From a virus (Duplodnaviria; Caudoviricetes): DNA of 64,000 nt. Where the stretch lies: IMG/VR virus record IMGVR_UViG_2974723488_000001, positions 1 to 64,000 of that record. One strand, written 5' to 3'. The notes beneath the pieces are model-generated. The model worked only from the letters and a program-made list of their open reading frames with translations, was not told where the DNA came from and made no database searches. Below are positions 8,106-17,060 of this stretch, in pieces (the stretch's first letter is position 1; the number at the start of each line of letters is the position of its first letter). Both the position numbers and the translations under genes were made by a program.

Positions 8106-9098
8106 ATGAAATACCAAGTAGCGTATAACGCTTCGCTGAAAATCGTCCGCGTTCAAGCGGATGGCGACACTGCTGGCTCGGGATTCACCGTGCTGGACAA
8201 GTTCGATCACCCGGATAGCGACTCCCTGGGTCGTGCCGGTGTGGCTCACGCTCTGTACTCCCACGTTCAAGACGTGATGTACCGCAAAGCGGGGATCCAG
8301 GACATGCAGCGTCTGTCCATCGAATGGCCTGCCTACGTGGCTCCGAACTTCATCTCGGCCGGTCCGACTTCCATCAGCACTCCGGCTGGTACCGAAGGTA
8401 CTCTGGAGGTCTACTCGGATCCCCAGGTTCTGAGCAAGCCCAACTACTCCTTCATCTTCAATGGTTCGGAAGAAGTGCTGAAGATCAACAAGGTGACGGG
8501 CAAGTGGGCTGCTGTCGGTCCGGGCAAAGGTGTCATCCGTGTCACCCATGCTGACGGCCAAGTCTACGTCGATGTTCCCGTGAACGTCTCGCAAGCAGGC
8601 GTGATTCCCTCCACGGCTGTCGCTGTCGCTCCCAAGACGGCAACCGTGAACGTGAACCAGACCACGACTCTGACCGCTACCAAGACCCCGGCCAACTCCA
8701 CCGATGTGGTGGAATGGTCCTCGGACAAGGAAAACATCGCCACGGTCGTCGGCGGTGTGGTGACTGGCAAGGCTCCCGGCACTGCCACCATCACCGCTCG
8801 TACCGAGACGGGCAAGACCGATACCGCTGCCATCACGGTGACTCAGCCGGTTCAGGGTGTCACCCTGGCTCCGGTGAATCCCACCGTTGCTGCTGGTTCC
8901 ACGGTTCAACTGACGGCGACTGTCACTCCGGCCAATGCCTCGAACAAGGCTGTCACCTACACTTCGGCCACTCCGGCTGTTGCCACGGTGAATGCCACGG
9001 GTCTGGTCACGGGTGTCGCTGCCGGTACTTCCGTCATCACGGTCAAGACGACCAACGGTGCGAAGACTGCCACGACCACGGTGACGGTAACGGAGTAA
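8106..9098 (+). CDS. capsid decorating protein with Ig-like (Big_2) domains (N4 gp17-like)
   Basis: TPANSTDVVEWSS..IATV and TPANASNKAVTYTS..VATV Big_2 repeats; syntenic after RNAP II. Confidence 0.85.
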   Translation: MKYQVAYNASLKIVRVQADGDTAGSGFTVLDKFDHPDSDSLGRAGVAHALYSHVQDVMYRKAGIQDMQRLSIEWPAYVAPNFISAGPTSISTPAGTEGTLEVYSDPQVLSKPNYSFIFNGSEEVLKINKVTGKWAAVGPGKGVIRVTHADGQVYVDVPVNVSQAGVIPSTAVAVAPKTATVNVNQTTTLTATKTPANSTDVVEWSSDKENIATVVGGVVTGKAPGTATITARTETGKTDTAAITVTQPVQGVTLAPVNPTVAAGSTVQLTATVTPANASNKAVTYTSATPAVATVNATGLVTGVAAGTSVITVKTTNGAKTATTTVTVTE

Positions 9099-9139
9099 TT
9101 GGTTTTGTGGGGTTAGAAACCCAGTAAGACCATACTCAC

Positions 9140-9164
9140 AAGCCCCTCTTCGGAGGGGCTTTTT
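9140..9164 (+). terminator. Rho-independent terminator
   Basis: AAGCCCCTC-TTCG-GAGGGGCTT-TTT. Confidence 0.85.
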
Positions 9165-9179
9165 GCATCTGGAGATCCG

Positions 9180-9392
9180 ATGATTCCTAACAGTCGTACT
9201 CAGGTCCACATCAATCGCTATGTGGAAGAAGTGGTGAAAGCCAATGGCAGTTGGGTCTATGTCTCCCGTGCCAAGCATTCCAAGAACGTTCAATCCTTCA
9301 TCGTGGATCAGGTCAAGATGATCCTCGAATTGATGGGTCTCAAAATCGAAGTCGATCCCTACGCGAAATGTCGCATGCGGATCACGGCATAA
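9180..9392 (+). CDS. hypothetical protein
   Basis: GGAG RBS. Confidence 0.6.
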   Translation: MIPNSRTQVHINRYVEEVVKANGSWVYVSRAKHSKNVQSFIVDQVKMILELMGLKIEVDPYAKCRMRITA

Positions 9393-9403
9393 GGAGCCAA
9401 GCA

Positions 9404-10159
9404 ATGAAGCAAGTTTCCCTGCGTCTGAACTACTCCCGTCAGCGCCTCTACCGCAACATCCTGGTTGGTCTGGGCTTGGCTCAGGACAACGAACGCTACA
9501 GCGACAGCACCACTGTCATCATGAAGCCCGACCAGTTTGTGGACTTCGTGAGCCAAGCCCTCACGAGCAACAAGGCTGTCTTCAGCCTGCGATCCATGGA
9601 CTTCCGTCTGCTGGACTCCAAGGAACTCCCTCCGGTCCAGGCGGACATGTTCGAGGGCGAGCCGGAACAACCCTCGGCTGAACGAAGTGAACAGGCCATC
9701 ATGAATCTGCTGGAAGCCGTGTTCGGCGTCCCCGTCGTCAAGATCGATGTCGGCCAGCAGTGCGAATGCCCGGCCTGCACTCAAGGGATCACCCTGGAAG
9801 AAGCCCTGCGTGGCAGTCTGCGTGCTACCCAAATGGCACGTAACGAACCCAGCAAGCGTGAAACCGGGGCATCCACTGAAGCCAAGTACGATCAAGCCGT
9901 GATCGACGACATGCACGAAAAGGCTCTGGCCTGGAACAAGAAGGTCGATGACGCCACCCGGCTGGCCTTCGATCATTTCTATGTCATGCGCAAGGGCGAC
10001 GTGACCCTGTGGGAAGCATGGCGCTTCCTGGAAAAGAATGAAGGCCGTGTCATGTGGCCGGAATTCGTCCCGCATGTCATCTACAAGGACATGCCTCTCC
10101 GCAATGTGTGGGCCATGGCCCAACGCATGCGTAACCTCCTGCTGGAGAACATGCAGTAA
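9404..10159 (+). CDS. hypothetical protein with CECPAC motif
   Basis: AAGGAG RBS before ATG 9404; phage-like codon usage. Confidence 0.7.
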   Translation: MKQVSLRLNYSRQRLYRNILVGLGLAQDNERYSDSTTVIMKPDQFVDFVSQALTSNKAVFSLRSMDFRLLDSKELPPVQADMFEGEPEQPSAERSEQAIMNLLEAVFGVPVVKIDVGQQCECPACTQGITLEEALRGSLRATQMARNEPSKRETGASTEAKYDQAVIDDMHEKALAWNKKVDDATRLAFDHFYVMRKGDVTLWEAWRFLEKNEGRVMWPEFVPHVIYKDMPLRNVWAMAQRMRNLLLENMQ

Positions 10160-10503
10160 TGAAGAAAGACCGCCGATCCGCCATCATCGACAAGATCGAA
10201 GCCCGTTGTGACATCGTAGATACGGGCTTCAAGATTGGGATGAAAGCGAGTCCATGCCATCTGTGGAATGGACCCACCTCGGGTAACGGCCGGGGTGGTG
10301 GATACGGCAGGATGAGTTTGGATGGCCACACTGTGGCTGTCCATCTCGTCGCCTTTACCCATTACTTCGGCTACATCCCCGGCAATAAACAAGTCGATCA
10401 CCTGTGCAACCAGAGACTCTGCTGCAACCCGCAGCATCTGGAGTTGGTGACTCATCTCAAGAACCAGAGGCGGCGTGCCGCCAGAGCCAAGGAGAAGGCA
10501 TGA
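10159..10503 (+). CDS. HNH endonuclease (N4 gp22-like)
   Basis: CHLWNG..GYGRM, VDHLCNQRLCCNPQHL..N. Confidence 0.88.
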   Translation: MKKDRRSAIIDKIEARCDIVDTGFKIGMKASPCHLWNGPTSGNGRGGGYGRMSLDGHTVAVHLVAFTHYFGYIPGNKQVDHLCNQRLCCNPQHLELVTHLKNQRRRAARAKEKA

Positions 10504-10952
10504 AAAAGTGGCGAGTATTTCCCCTCCGCATCGGTGGCAAGTGGGCCATCTGCACGGACAACGGTGAGGGCTACATCTTTCTGAAGGATGGCGACAAGTA
10601 CGTTCGTTTCGTGTCCAAGTCTGCTGCTCAGGCTCGTGTGGACGAAGAGAATTCGTACATGGCCCTGGAACAGAAACACCTGGGTGATGCTGACAAGAAG
10701 ACGGGCATCTACAGTCCCGTTGCCAGCAAGGACCAAATTCTGGAATTCCTCCAGAACGCATGTCGTGCCTATGGTGCATACGAAGTGACCAAGATGCTCT
10801 GTGAAGTAACCAAGGCTTCTTCTGAAGAGTTCCTGGCTCATGGCAACACCGGTGCCATCATCCATGCTGATGCGAAGATCTTGCACACTGCCGTGCTGCA
10901 CATGGCTATCTCGCATCCCTTGCGGGCAATGGATCTCAAGGGGTTGACGTGA
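10500..10952 (+). CDS. hypothetical protein
   Basis: ATGA overlap; GGAG RBS. Confidence 0.65.
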   Translation: MKKWRVFPLRIGGKWAICTDNGEGYIFLKDGDKYVRFVSKSAAQARVDEENSYMALEQKHLGDADKKTGIYSPVASKDQILEFLQNACRAYGAYEVTKMLCEVTKASSEEFLAHGNTGAIIHADAKILHTAVLHMAISHPLRAMDLKGLT

Positions 10953-11308
10953 ACAACAACATCATCCCTCGTGAGCAACACCCTTGGCGCGATGACACGG
11001 CCTATGCCAGAACTCCCCATGAGGAAGCTCTCTGGCAACGGGCTACTGAAAAGGGGCAGAACTTTCGCACCATCGATTGGGTCATCTCTGACACGCATTG
11101 CATGCTGCCCAAGGAAGATTTCGACCGCCTTTCCGAATACAGCGCCACCATGCCTACGGGTGTGTGGCCTGGAAAAGTGTGGAAGGCCGAGGTTGGTGGT
11201 GTCTGGTACATCCGTTGGTACGGGATTGTTCCGGGGGATGATCGTGTCTGTTCCAACAACCAACGAATCGCTGTTGTCAGCGATGCACTGGAGATCATCG
11301 GTATATGA
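10949..11308 (+). CDS. hypothetical protein
   Basis: GTGA overlap; LSEYSATMPTGVWPGKVWK motif seen in other phage small proteins. Confidence 0.65.
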   Translation: MNNNIIPREQHPWRDDTAYARTPHEEALWQRATEKGQNFRTIDWVISDTHCMLPKEDFDRLSEYSATMPTGVWPGKVWKAEVGGVWYIRWYGIVPGDDRVCSNNQRIAVVSDALEIIGI

Positions 11309-11580
11309 AAGCTCTCGGACCTCGTTCTGAGATGAAGATGGTCAAGAATGCTTGGGGGAACCAAGCAGGCCAATGTCAGCAGCTTTTCCAAGTAGAGGCC
11401 GCTGATGTGGGAAAAGTCAAACCCCACTATCTCGGATTCAACCACCGTTCCTACATGTTCAAGAAGGAAGACATCGGTACGACGATAGTCGTCTACACCG
11501 ATGGAACCCAATGGACTTGCTGGGTCTTTTCACTCAACTGGGATAACGAAGATGTCCAGAACCATGCTGGCACACAGTAA
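11305..11580 (+). CDS. hypothetical protein
   Basis: ATGA overlap. Confidence 0.6.
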   Translation: MKALGPRSEMKMVKNAWGNQAGQCQQLFQVEAADVGKVKPHYLGFNHRSYMFKKEDIGTTIVVYTDGTQWTCWVFSLNWDNEDVQNHAGTQ

Positions 11581-11785
11581 TGGTGTTTTGGAGGTTGTCG
11601 AGCTTTTGAGCCGACACTCCGATCACATCAAAGTGCAGACCCTGCACACCAAGAAGGGAACCAAGGCACGCAAGATCTTCTTCAGCAATGAGAAGGTTCG
11701 TGAGGTCAAAGACACGAACGAAGGCGAAGCCTGGATCATCGAACAACGCCGTAAACAAGGGCTTCCCTGCCCCGGAGATGACTAA
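11552..11785 (+). CDS. hypothetical protein
   Basis: packed between neighbours; start uncertain. Confidence 0.55.
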   Translation: MSRTMLAHSNGVLEVVELLSRHSDHIKVQTLHTKKGTKARKIFFSNEKVREVKDTNEGEAWIIEQRRKQGLPCPGDD

Positions 11786-11965
11786 ATGAATTCCGCCGCT
11801 TTGCAGATTGAACTGCAACAAGAAATCAACAAGCTTGGTAAGCTGACCCGTTCCGGTGCCAAATCGGAAGAGGCTGTGCGCCAAGCCCAGAAGGTGAAGG
11901 AAGTAGCCACGTATCTGGCCAACGCCATCGCTGCTGAAGTCGTCCAGTACAACCAGGGACGGTAA
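11786..11965 (+). CDS. hypothetical 59-aa helical protein (not in ORF track)
   Basis: GGAG RBS; MNSAALQIELQQEINKLG...QYNQGR. Confidence 0.6.
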   Translation: MNSAALQIELQQEINKLGKLTRSGAKSEEAVRQAQKVKEVATYLANAIAAEVVQYNQGR

Positions 11966-11968
11966 GCC

Positions 11969-12187
11969 ATGTCTCGCACCTTTGAGAGCAATGACGCTCA
12001 ACGGCTGTATCGTCAGATGCGAGAGAAGCTCAACTCCGATGATGCGATCAAGACTGTCGTGCTCATCACTGGCGAGCAACCCATCCCACCCAACAAGACC
12101 AACTCGATGTATTTCCTGGGAGGCTATCCTCCCGGAGATACGAAGCACGGTCTTCCCTATTACCACGGCCCCAAGCGCCGCTTCTAA
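11969..12187 (+). CDS. hypothetical protein
   Basis: packed ORF with RBS. Confidence 0.55.
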   Translation: MSRTFESNDAQRLYRQMREKLNSDDAIKTVVLITGEQPIPPNKTNSMYFLGGYPPGDTKHGLPYYHGPKRRF

Positions 12188-12199
12188 GAGAGTCCCCTC

Positions 12200-13240
12200 A
12201 TGTCGGATATTTCCTCCTTCACCGCCGCCAACCAGCGTCAAACGAAGAAGTTTGTCGAGCGTGCCATGGCTGCTGGCCGTGTTCCCTTCATCACCGCCTG
12301 CCCCGGCGTCGGCAAGTCTGCCATCATCCACAACATCGCCCGTGAGCGTGGCCTGAAGATGATCGACCATCGTCTGTCCACCTCGGCTCCGGAAGACCTC
12401 AACGGCCTGCCCCGTTTCACGGACAAGGGCGCTGAATTCGTTCCCTTCGCTGATCTGTTCCCGCTGGAAGGGGACGCCATTCCTCAGGGCTACAACGGCT
12501 GGCTGCTGTTCCTGGATGAGCTGCCTTCGGCTCCTCGTTCGGTGCAAGCTGCGGCCTACAAGCTGATCCTGGATCGCATGGTCGGCCAGAAGCGCCTGCA
12601 TGAAATGGTCTTCGTCGTCGCTGCGGGCAACCGCAAGCAGGACAAGGCCATCGTGAACGACATCGGCACTGCCATGCAATCCCGGCTCATCCACATCGAG
12701 ATGGATGCCGACTTCAAGTGCTGGCAGGAAGATGTGGCCATCCCCCAGCAGTTCGATCCCCGTGTCGTCGCCTACCTGTCGATGAACCCCAGCAAGCTGA
12801 TCGACTTCGATCCCGATCATCAGGATCGCACCTTCTGCTGCCCCCGTACCTGGGAATTCGTCTCCGATCTGATCAAGGGCCGTCCGCTGGACAGCGACGA
12901 CGCCATCCTGCTGGCAGGCGCCATCACCTCCGGCGAAGCCATCAGCTTCGTGCAGTTCTGCCACGTCTACGACTCGCTGCCCAACATGCAATCGTTGATC
13001 GACGATCCCGAGAATGCCATCATTCCTCGTGATCCGGCATCGCTCTGGGCCACGACCATGGCCTGCGTCGAGCACACCACGGTCGAGAACTTCGGTGATT
13101 TCATGAAGTACATGAATCGCCTGGATCTGGTTCAGCGTGTGCTGTACTTCCGTGCCACCTATGCCAAGCTGGGCGCTCCGCTCCGCAGCAGCCGTGGTTT
13201 CACCGAGGCCGCTATCGAACTGGGCCGCTACATCAGCTAA
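12200..13240 (+). CDS. MoxR-like AAA+ ATPase (N4 gp24-like)
   Basis: Walker A CPGVGKS, Walker B LLFLDE, AAGN, MQSRL, CPRTW. Confidence 0.88.
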   Translation: MSDISSFTAANQRQTKKFVERAMAAGRVPFITACPGVGKSAIIHNIARERGLKMIDHRLSTSAPEDLNGLPRFTDKGAEFVPFADLFPLEGDAIPQGYNGWLLFLDELPSAPRSVQAAAYKLILDRMVGQKRLHEMVFVVAAGNRKQDKAIVNDIGTAMQSRLIHIEMDADFKCWQEDVAIPQQFDPRVVAYLSMNPSKLIDFDPDHQDRTFCCPRTWEFVSDLIKGRPLDSDDAILLAGAITSGEAISFVQFCHVYDSLPNMQSLIDDPENAIIPRDPASLWATTMACVEHTTVENFGDFMKYMNRLDLVQRVLYFRATYAKLGAPLRSSRGFTEAAIELGRYIS

Positions 13241-13253
13241 TCAAGGAACAGCG

Positions 13254-13427
13254 ATGGAAGAACCGGTAAACAAGCGCCGCCCTGGTGCTGTGAAGTGGAT
13301 GGCGGTCTATCTGGATCGCCATGCCATCGTCTGGGCAGTCTCCGAGGGTGAAGCCCTCCAGAAAGCCCACGAGCACTTCAAGCCCAAGAAAGCCAACAAG
13401 GGACTTGTCCACGTCAGCATGATCTGA
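13254..13427 (+). CDS. hypothetical protein
   Basis: AAGGA RBS before ATG 13254. Confidence 0.55.
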   Translation: MEEPVNKRRPGAVKWMAVYLDRHAIVWAVSEGEALQKAHEHFKPKKANKGLVHVSMI

Positions 13428-13441
13428 ACCAAGGGGGAACC

Positions 13442-13828
13442 ATGGAAGTCTGGTATCGCTATGAACAAGTTCTCCAATCCGGAGGACATTACGATCTGGA
13501 CGGTGAATTCATTCCTGGTGTTCCCCGAGTGGGCTTAAACCTGATTGAGTACACCGTCATCAAGTACACCCCGAAAGGGGTGTGGCTGAACGTCCTGGGG
13601 CGGAAGCGCTTCGTGCTTCATCAAGGACGTAAGAAGTTCGCTCATGCGGATAAGAAAGATGCTGTCGAGAGCTTTGTTGCTCGCAAAGACAAGCAGATCC
13701 GCATCCTCAAATCCCAGCAGAACAATGCCATTACCGCAAGGAACATGGCAATTGAAATGCTGGCCCAAATCGAAGAAGGAAAAGAACCATGTCCTCCACG
13801 CTACCGGATGGCATCCAAAGGGATCTAG
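13442..13828 (+). CDS. hypothetical protein
   Basis: RBS; KYTPKGVWL...RKKFAH motif. Confidence 0.65.
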   Translation: MEVWYRYEQVLQSGGHYDLDGEFIPGVPRVGLNLIEYTVIKYTPKGVWLNVLGRKRFVLHQGRKKFAHADKKDAVESFVARKDKQIRILKSQQNNAITARNMAIEMLAQIEEGKEPCPPRYRMASKGI

Positions 13829-14949
13829 ACAAGGCCAAGATCCGTGCTTTCCGTGGAAAGACTGCGGCTTTCTTGGCTCCCATCATGAGCATGATGCGCT
13901 TCGAGTGGGACGAGAAAGCAGGCACGGCTTCGGTCAACGGAGTTTCCATGAAGTGGAACCCTATCTGGTTCATGGCTCTGTCGCCCGCCACTCGTGAAAC
14001 CGTGCTCATGCACGAACTCTGGCACGTCGCTCGCATGCACATGCTGCGACTCGGCAACCGTGATCCGCTCTGGTGGAACTACGCTTGCGACATCTGGATC
14101 AACAACATGCTGGAAAAGGAAGGGTATTCCTTCCAGGGTGTTGAAAACTGCTGGAAGAATCAGCAGTACGCCCATAACACGGAAGAAGAAATCTATGATG
14201 CCATTTACCAGCCCAGCAATCCCCCTCCGACTACCGGAGCATTCGGGGATGAAGGTGGTGATGGCGACATGGACTCCGAATCCAATGATGGAACCAGCGA
14301 AGGCCAAAATCAGGCTGCGAAGAATGACGTGCTCAATGCCGTCGTTCGTGCCATGCACCAAGCCAAGATGTCCGGCCAACCTGGAGCCATGCCGGGGGAT
14401 CAAGAACATCTGATCACCCAGTTCCTCAAGCCCGTGGTTCCGTGGAAGCAGTTGCTCCGCAAGTTCTTCACGGACATGCAGGATGACGACTACTCCTGGC
14501 GTCGTCCCAACCGTCGTCACAGCGATATCTATCTGCCCTGCCGTGTGCAGGATGATGGACGCCTGAAGCATCTGGCGTATTACCTGGACGTGTCCGGGTC
14601 CATCTCTCAGCATGACGTGTTGCGCTTCAATTCCGAAGTAAAGCACGTCTGGGATGAGTTCAGACCGGAGAAGATGTCGCTGATCCAGTTCGACACTCGC
14701 ATCGCCCACGAGACTTCCATCAAGGAAGGACAGGAATTCAACGAAGTGAAAGTGTATGGTGGTGGTGGAACCTGCTTGGTTCCTGTTCGTGAGCACATCA
14801 TCGAACACAAGCCCACCGCAGCCATCATCTTCACTGACTTGCATGTCCGTCCGATGCAGAAGCTGCCCTTCAACATTCCGGTCATCTGGGTTGTCATCAA
14901 TAACCCGCATGCTGAAGTTCCCTTCGGCAAGGTGATCGACATCAAGTGA
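13789..14949 (+). CDS. metallopeptidase-like/VWA domain protein (DUF2201-type, N4 gp25-like)
   Basis: HELWH zincin motif, WNYACDIWIN, MIDAS DVSGS, GGGGT, IFTD. Confidence 0.88.
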   Translation: MSSTLPDGIQRDLDKAKIRAFRGKTAAFLAPIMSMMRFEWDEKAGTASVNGVSMKWNPIWFMALSPATRETVLMHELWHVARMHMLRLGNRDPLWWNYACDIWINNMLEKEGYSFQGVENCWKNQQYAHNTEEEIYDAIYQPSNPPPTTGAFGDEGGDGDMDSESNDGTSEGQNQAAKNDVLNAVVRAMHQAKMSGQPGAMPGDQEHLITQFLKPVVPWKQLLRKFFTDMQDDDYSWRRPNRRHSDIYLPCRVQDDGRLKHLAYYLDVSGSISQHDVLRFNSEVKHVWDEFRPEKMSLIQFDTRIAHETSIKEGQEFNEVKVYGGGGTCLVPVREHIIEHKPTAAIIFTDLHVRPMQKLPFNIPVIWVVINNPHAEVPFGKVIDIK

Positions 14950-14956
14950 GGTGCTC

Positions 14957-15475
14957 ATGATTGTTAATCGTGAAGCTCTGCTGTACGACCGTCCTCCCAT
15001 CAAGGGCATGCGGGCAACGAAGAACGTTGCTCATGGAACCAGTTATGGCTTGACCGAAGCTGGTTACGACCTGCGCATTCAGCAGGACGTGCTGTTCACC
15101 AAGAACGGTTTCCGTGAGCGCATCGTCTACGTGTCCGAACCCGGTACGGCTACTCTGGACCGTATTGGCAAGCTGGGGCGTTTCGCCTTGGCATCTGCCA
15201 TGGAAGAATTCGACATGCCCAGCCATTTGGTTGGCGTGGTTCACGACAAGTCCACTTGGGCACGTCGTGGCCTGTCGGTATTCAACACGGTCATTGAGCC
15301 AGGATGGAAAGGCTTCCTCACCTTGGAGCTTGTCTACCATGGAGAGGAAGACCTCATCATCCCGGCTGGTTCTGGTATTGCCCAGGTTCTGTTTCATCAA
15401 CTGAAGCAGGAGGCTTCCTACAATGGCAAGTACCAGAATCAAGAAGCTGCGCCGGTTCCTTCCAAGGAAAGCTGA
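14957..15475 (+). CDS. dcd: dCTP deaminase
   Basis: AGYDLR, HDKSTWARRGL, IEPGWKGFLTLE, IAQV, YNGKYQNQ. Confidence 0.9.
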   Translation: MIVNREALLYDRPPIKGMRATKNVAHGTSYGLTEAGYDLRIQQDVLFTKNGFRERIVYVSEPGTATLDRIGKLGRFALASAMEEFDMPSHLVGVVHDKSTWARRGLSVFNTVIEPGWKGFLTLELVYHGEEDLIIPAGSGIAQVLFHQLKQEASYNGKYQNQEAAPVPSKES

Positions 15476-15476
15476 C

Positions 15477-15719
15477 ATGGATACCCACTACTGCGAAGTC
15501 TGCGGTGAGGTCAATTTCTGGCCTCTCGTTAGCCACGAGCACAGCTACGTCTGTAAAGCTTGCGTGGAAGTGGGCGACGATGTTGGTTTCGACGAAGAAG
15601 CCGAAGTTTGGCGGAAAGTCGATCGTTGTCCTGGATGTGGGAGGACTGGTATGGTGAACTACGGAGATGGATACCGTTTGGTGTTCTACTGCGGAGGCTC
15701 ACCCTACTGTTGCCCATAA
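15477..15719 (+). CDS. small Cys-rich zinc-binding protein
   Basis: CEVC, CKAC, CPGC, CGGSPYCCP. Confidence 0.65.
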   Translation: MDTHYCEVCGEVNFWPLVSHEHSYVCKACVEVGDDVGFDEEAEVWRKVDRCPGCGRTGMVNYGDGYRLVFYCGGSPYCCP

Positions 15720-15738
15720 AGGAAAGTTAGGCTATCGT
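15710..15738 (+). promoter_or_regulatory. putative sigma70-like promoter upstream of the ncRNA region
   Basis: TTGCCC-17 bp-TATCGT. Confidence 0.4.
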
Positions 15739-15780
15739 GAAGTCTTTCTTGGGGTGAGAAACCCCTGAAGGAGAAAAGGC

Positions 15781-15939
15781 ATGCTGTTCGGTTTTCTGAA
15801 GCTGTTCAAGCCGATCATCAGTTCGTTGGTTCCCATCGATCAGATGGTTGTGCGTACCGAAATGCGTCAAGAGGTGCATGCCGCCCTGCCGAAATCCTCC
15901 AACCGGGTGAGACGACCCGAACAGGATGATTACGGTTAG
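15781..15939 (+). CDS. hypothetical 52-aa protein (not in ORF track)
   Basis: AAGGAG RBS; MLFGFLKLFKPIISSLVP...EQDDYG. Confidence 0.5.
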   Translation: MLFGFLKLFKPIISSLVPIDQMVVRTEMRQEVHAALPKSSNRVRRPEQDDYG

Positions 15940-16772
15940 GGACTACCAAACGTAGACCTCATACATAGACGCCGGAAGCCCAGAGTCGATCTCTGGGCTT
16001 CGCACTTTCAGGCATCTTGAATCTGTGTCCTTATCCAGCACTGCATATGGCGTTCACAACCCCCTGCTTAGTCAGGCTAGGTGTGTGGAATCGTGTAAGA
16101 GGGTATTCAAGGTCACAGATCAAAGGTGATCCAGGTTTGGTACGCCTGGCAATAGTCCTGGATTCCGTTCGATTCGGAGAGCGGCCGATGGTTCGGCAAA
16201 ACAAGCAAGCTACTGGGGTGTTCCACTCCGCATATCGCCAGTCTCATAAACGGACGTGCAATGGTTCGGTACCCGATATGGTTCATTCATCAAATCAGGA
16301 ATTTATTCCTGTCGCTGGTTTGAATCCAGCCACCGAAAGGTGTAGGCAAGCGAAAAAGCCGATGATGTCCAGTGTAGGGAGCAGGGCTTTTAAGGCCGGG
16401 GGTTTTGCAGCAAAACTCCGGCAACCTATTCAAGAATTCGCAGGCGTGGGTCGTTCCCTAAAGCCTGCGTTTCAGAGTTACGAATCTCTGTTGAAAATCG
16501 TAGAGGGGCGCTTGGTCTTCAACCTTGCCCTCTCGTCTACAGACCCCCCAGAAACCTCAGTCATGTCAACCACAGCAAGCTGATGAGCCAGTGAGCCGAG
16601 AGTTGGTGGCTGAGGTGTATGGGAACAGCAGAGAAGTCCGATAGTTCTTGGTTTCAAACCCTGCTGGGACTTAGATCCAAACAAAGAAGTCGAAACCATG
16701 TGAAAGCTCAGTCGAGAGACTGGTGAGACATAATGCCTGTCTCCGCACTCTATTTCGATAGAGTGCGTCATC

Positions 16773-16854
16773 CCCAAGGTAGCTCAGTTGGTAGAGCAGC
16801 ATGCCCTGAAATAGTGGGTAGCGGTCGATGGTTCGAGTCCATCCCGAGGGGCCA
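16773..16854 (+). tRNA. atypical tRNA-like RNA (class I body, 24-nt anticodon arm containing GAA, 2 acceptor mismatches, encoded CCA)
   Basis: TA-GCTC-AGTTGGTA-GAGC D arm; GATGG-TTCGAGT-CCATC T arm; ends GCCA. Confidence 0.7.
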
Positions 16855-17060
16855 AGACTTTATATGAAAGGCTGTGGGTGTTGTACCCTCATGGTGTAGT
16901 GGTAAAGGTGTCCTGAGAAATACCAGGTAAACCCACTCATCATAGCGTCTGGGCTTGCAAGCTGACGCAGCACTCTCCTAGGTATGAGTGCCCTTTTATA
17001 TGAAGTTTTGAACCAAGAGAGGCATCTCTTGGAACATCAGGTGAGTTCATGGCTCATCTG

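Noticed and set aside
10159-10503. HNH as a mobile homing endonuclease or intron ORF
   Set aside because: Free-standing, translationally coupled, matches the conserved gp22-type; no interrupted gene nearby.
12200-14949. MoxR ATPase plus VWA/metallopeptidase pair as a novel system
   Set aside because: Conserved gp24/gp25 pair of N4-like phages; function unclear but already described.
16265-16337. Third tRNA gene
   Set aside because: Only a degenerate T arm and partial acceptor pairing; no D arm or CCA, and the 3' strand can instead form CACC-GAAA-GGTG.
16017-16583. 188-aa + ORF (and 99-aa - ORF at 16478-16777) in the ncRNA region
   Set aside because: TTG start, no convincing RBS, non-phage codon usage; the sequence is better explained by RNA stems.
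16551-16700. Possible hammerhead ribozyme (CTGATGAG at 16580; CTGCTGG..GACTT/AAGTC-GAAAC near 16661-16696)
   Set aside because: Core elements are not arranged with three supportable stems, and the second core has two mismatches.
16361-16927. TPP-riboswitch-like fragments (GATGATGTCCAGTGTAGGGA; CTGAGAAATACC)
   Set aside because: In the wrong order and about 550 nt apart, so they cannot form the aptamer; treated as generic T-loop similarity.
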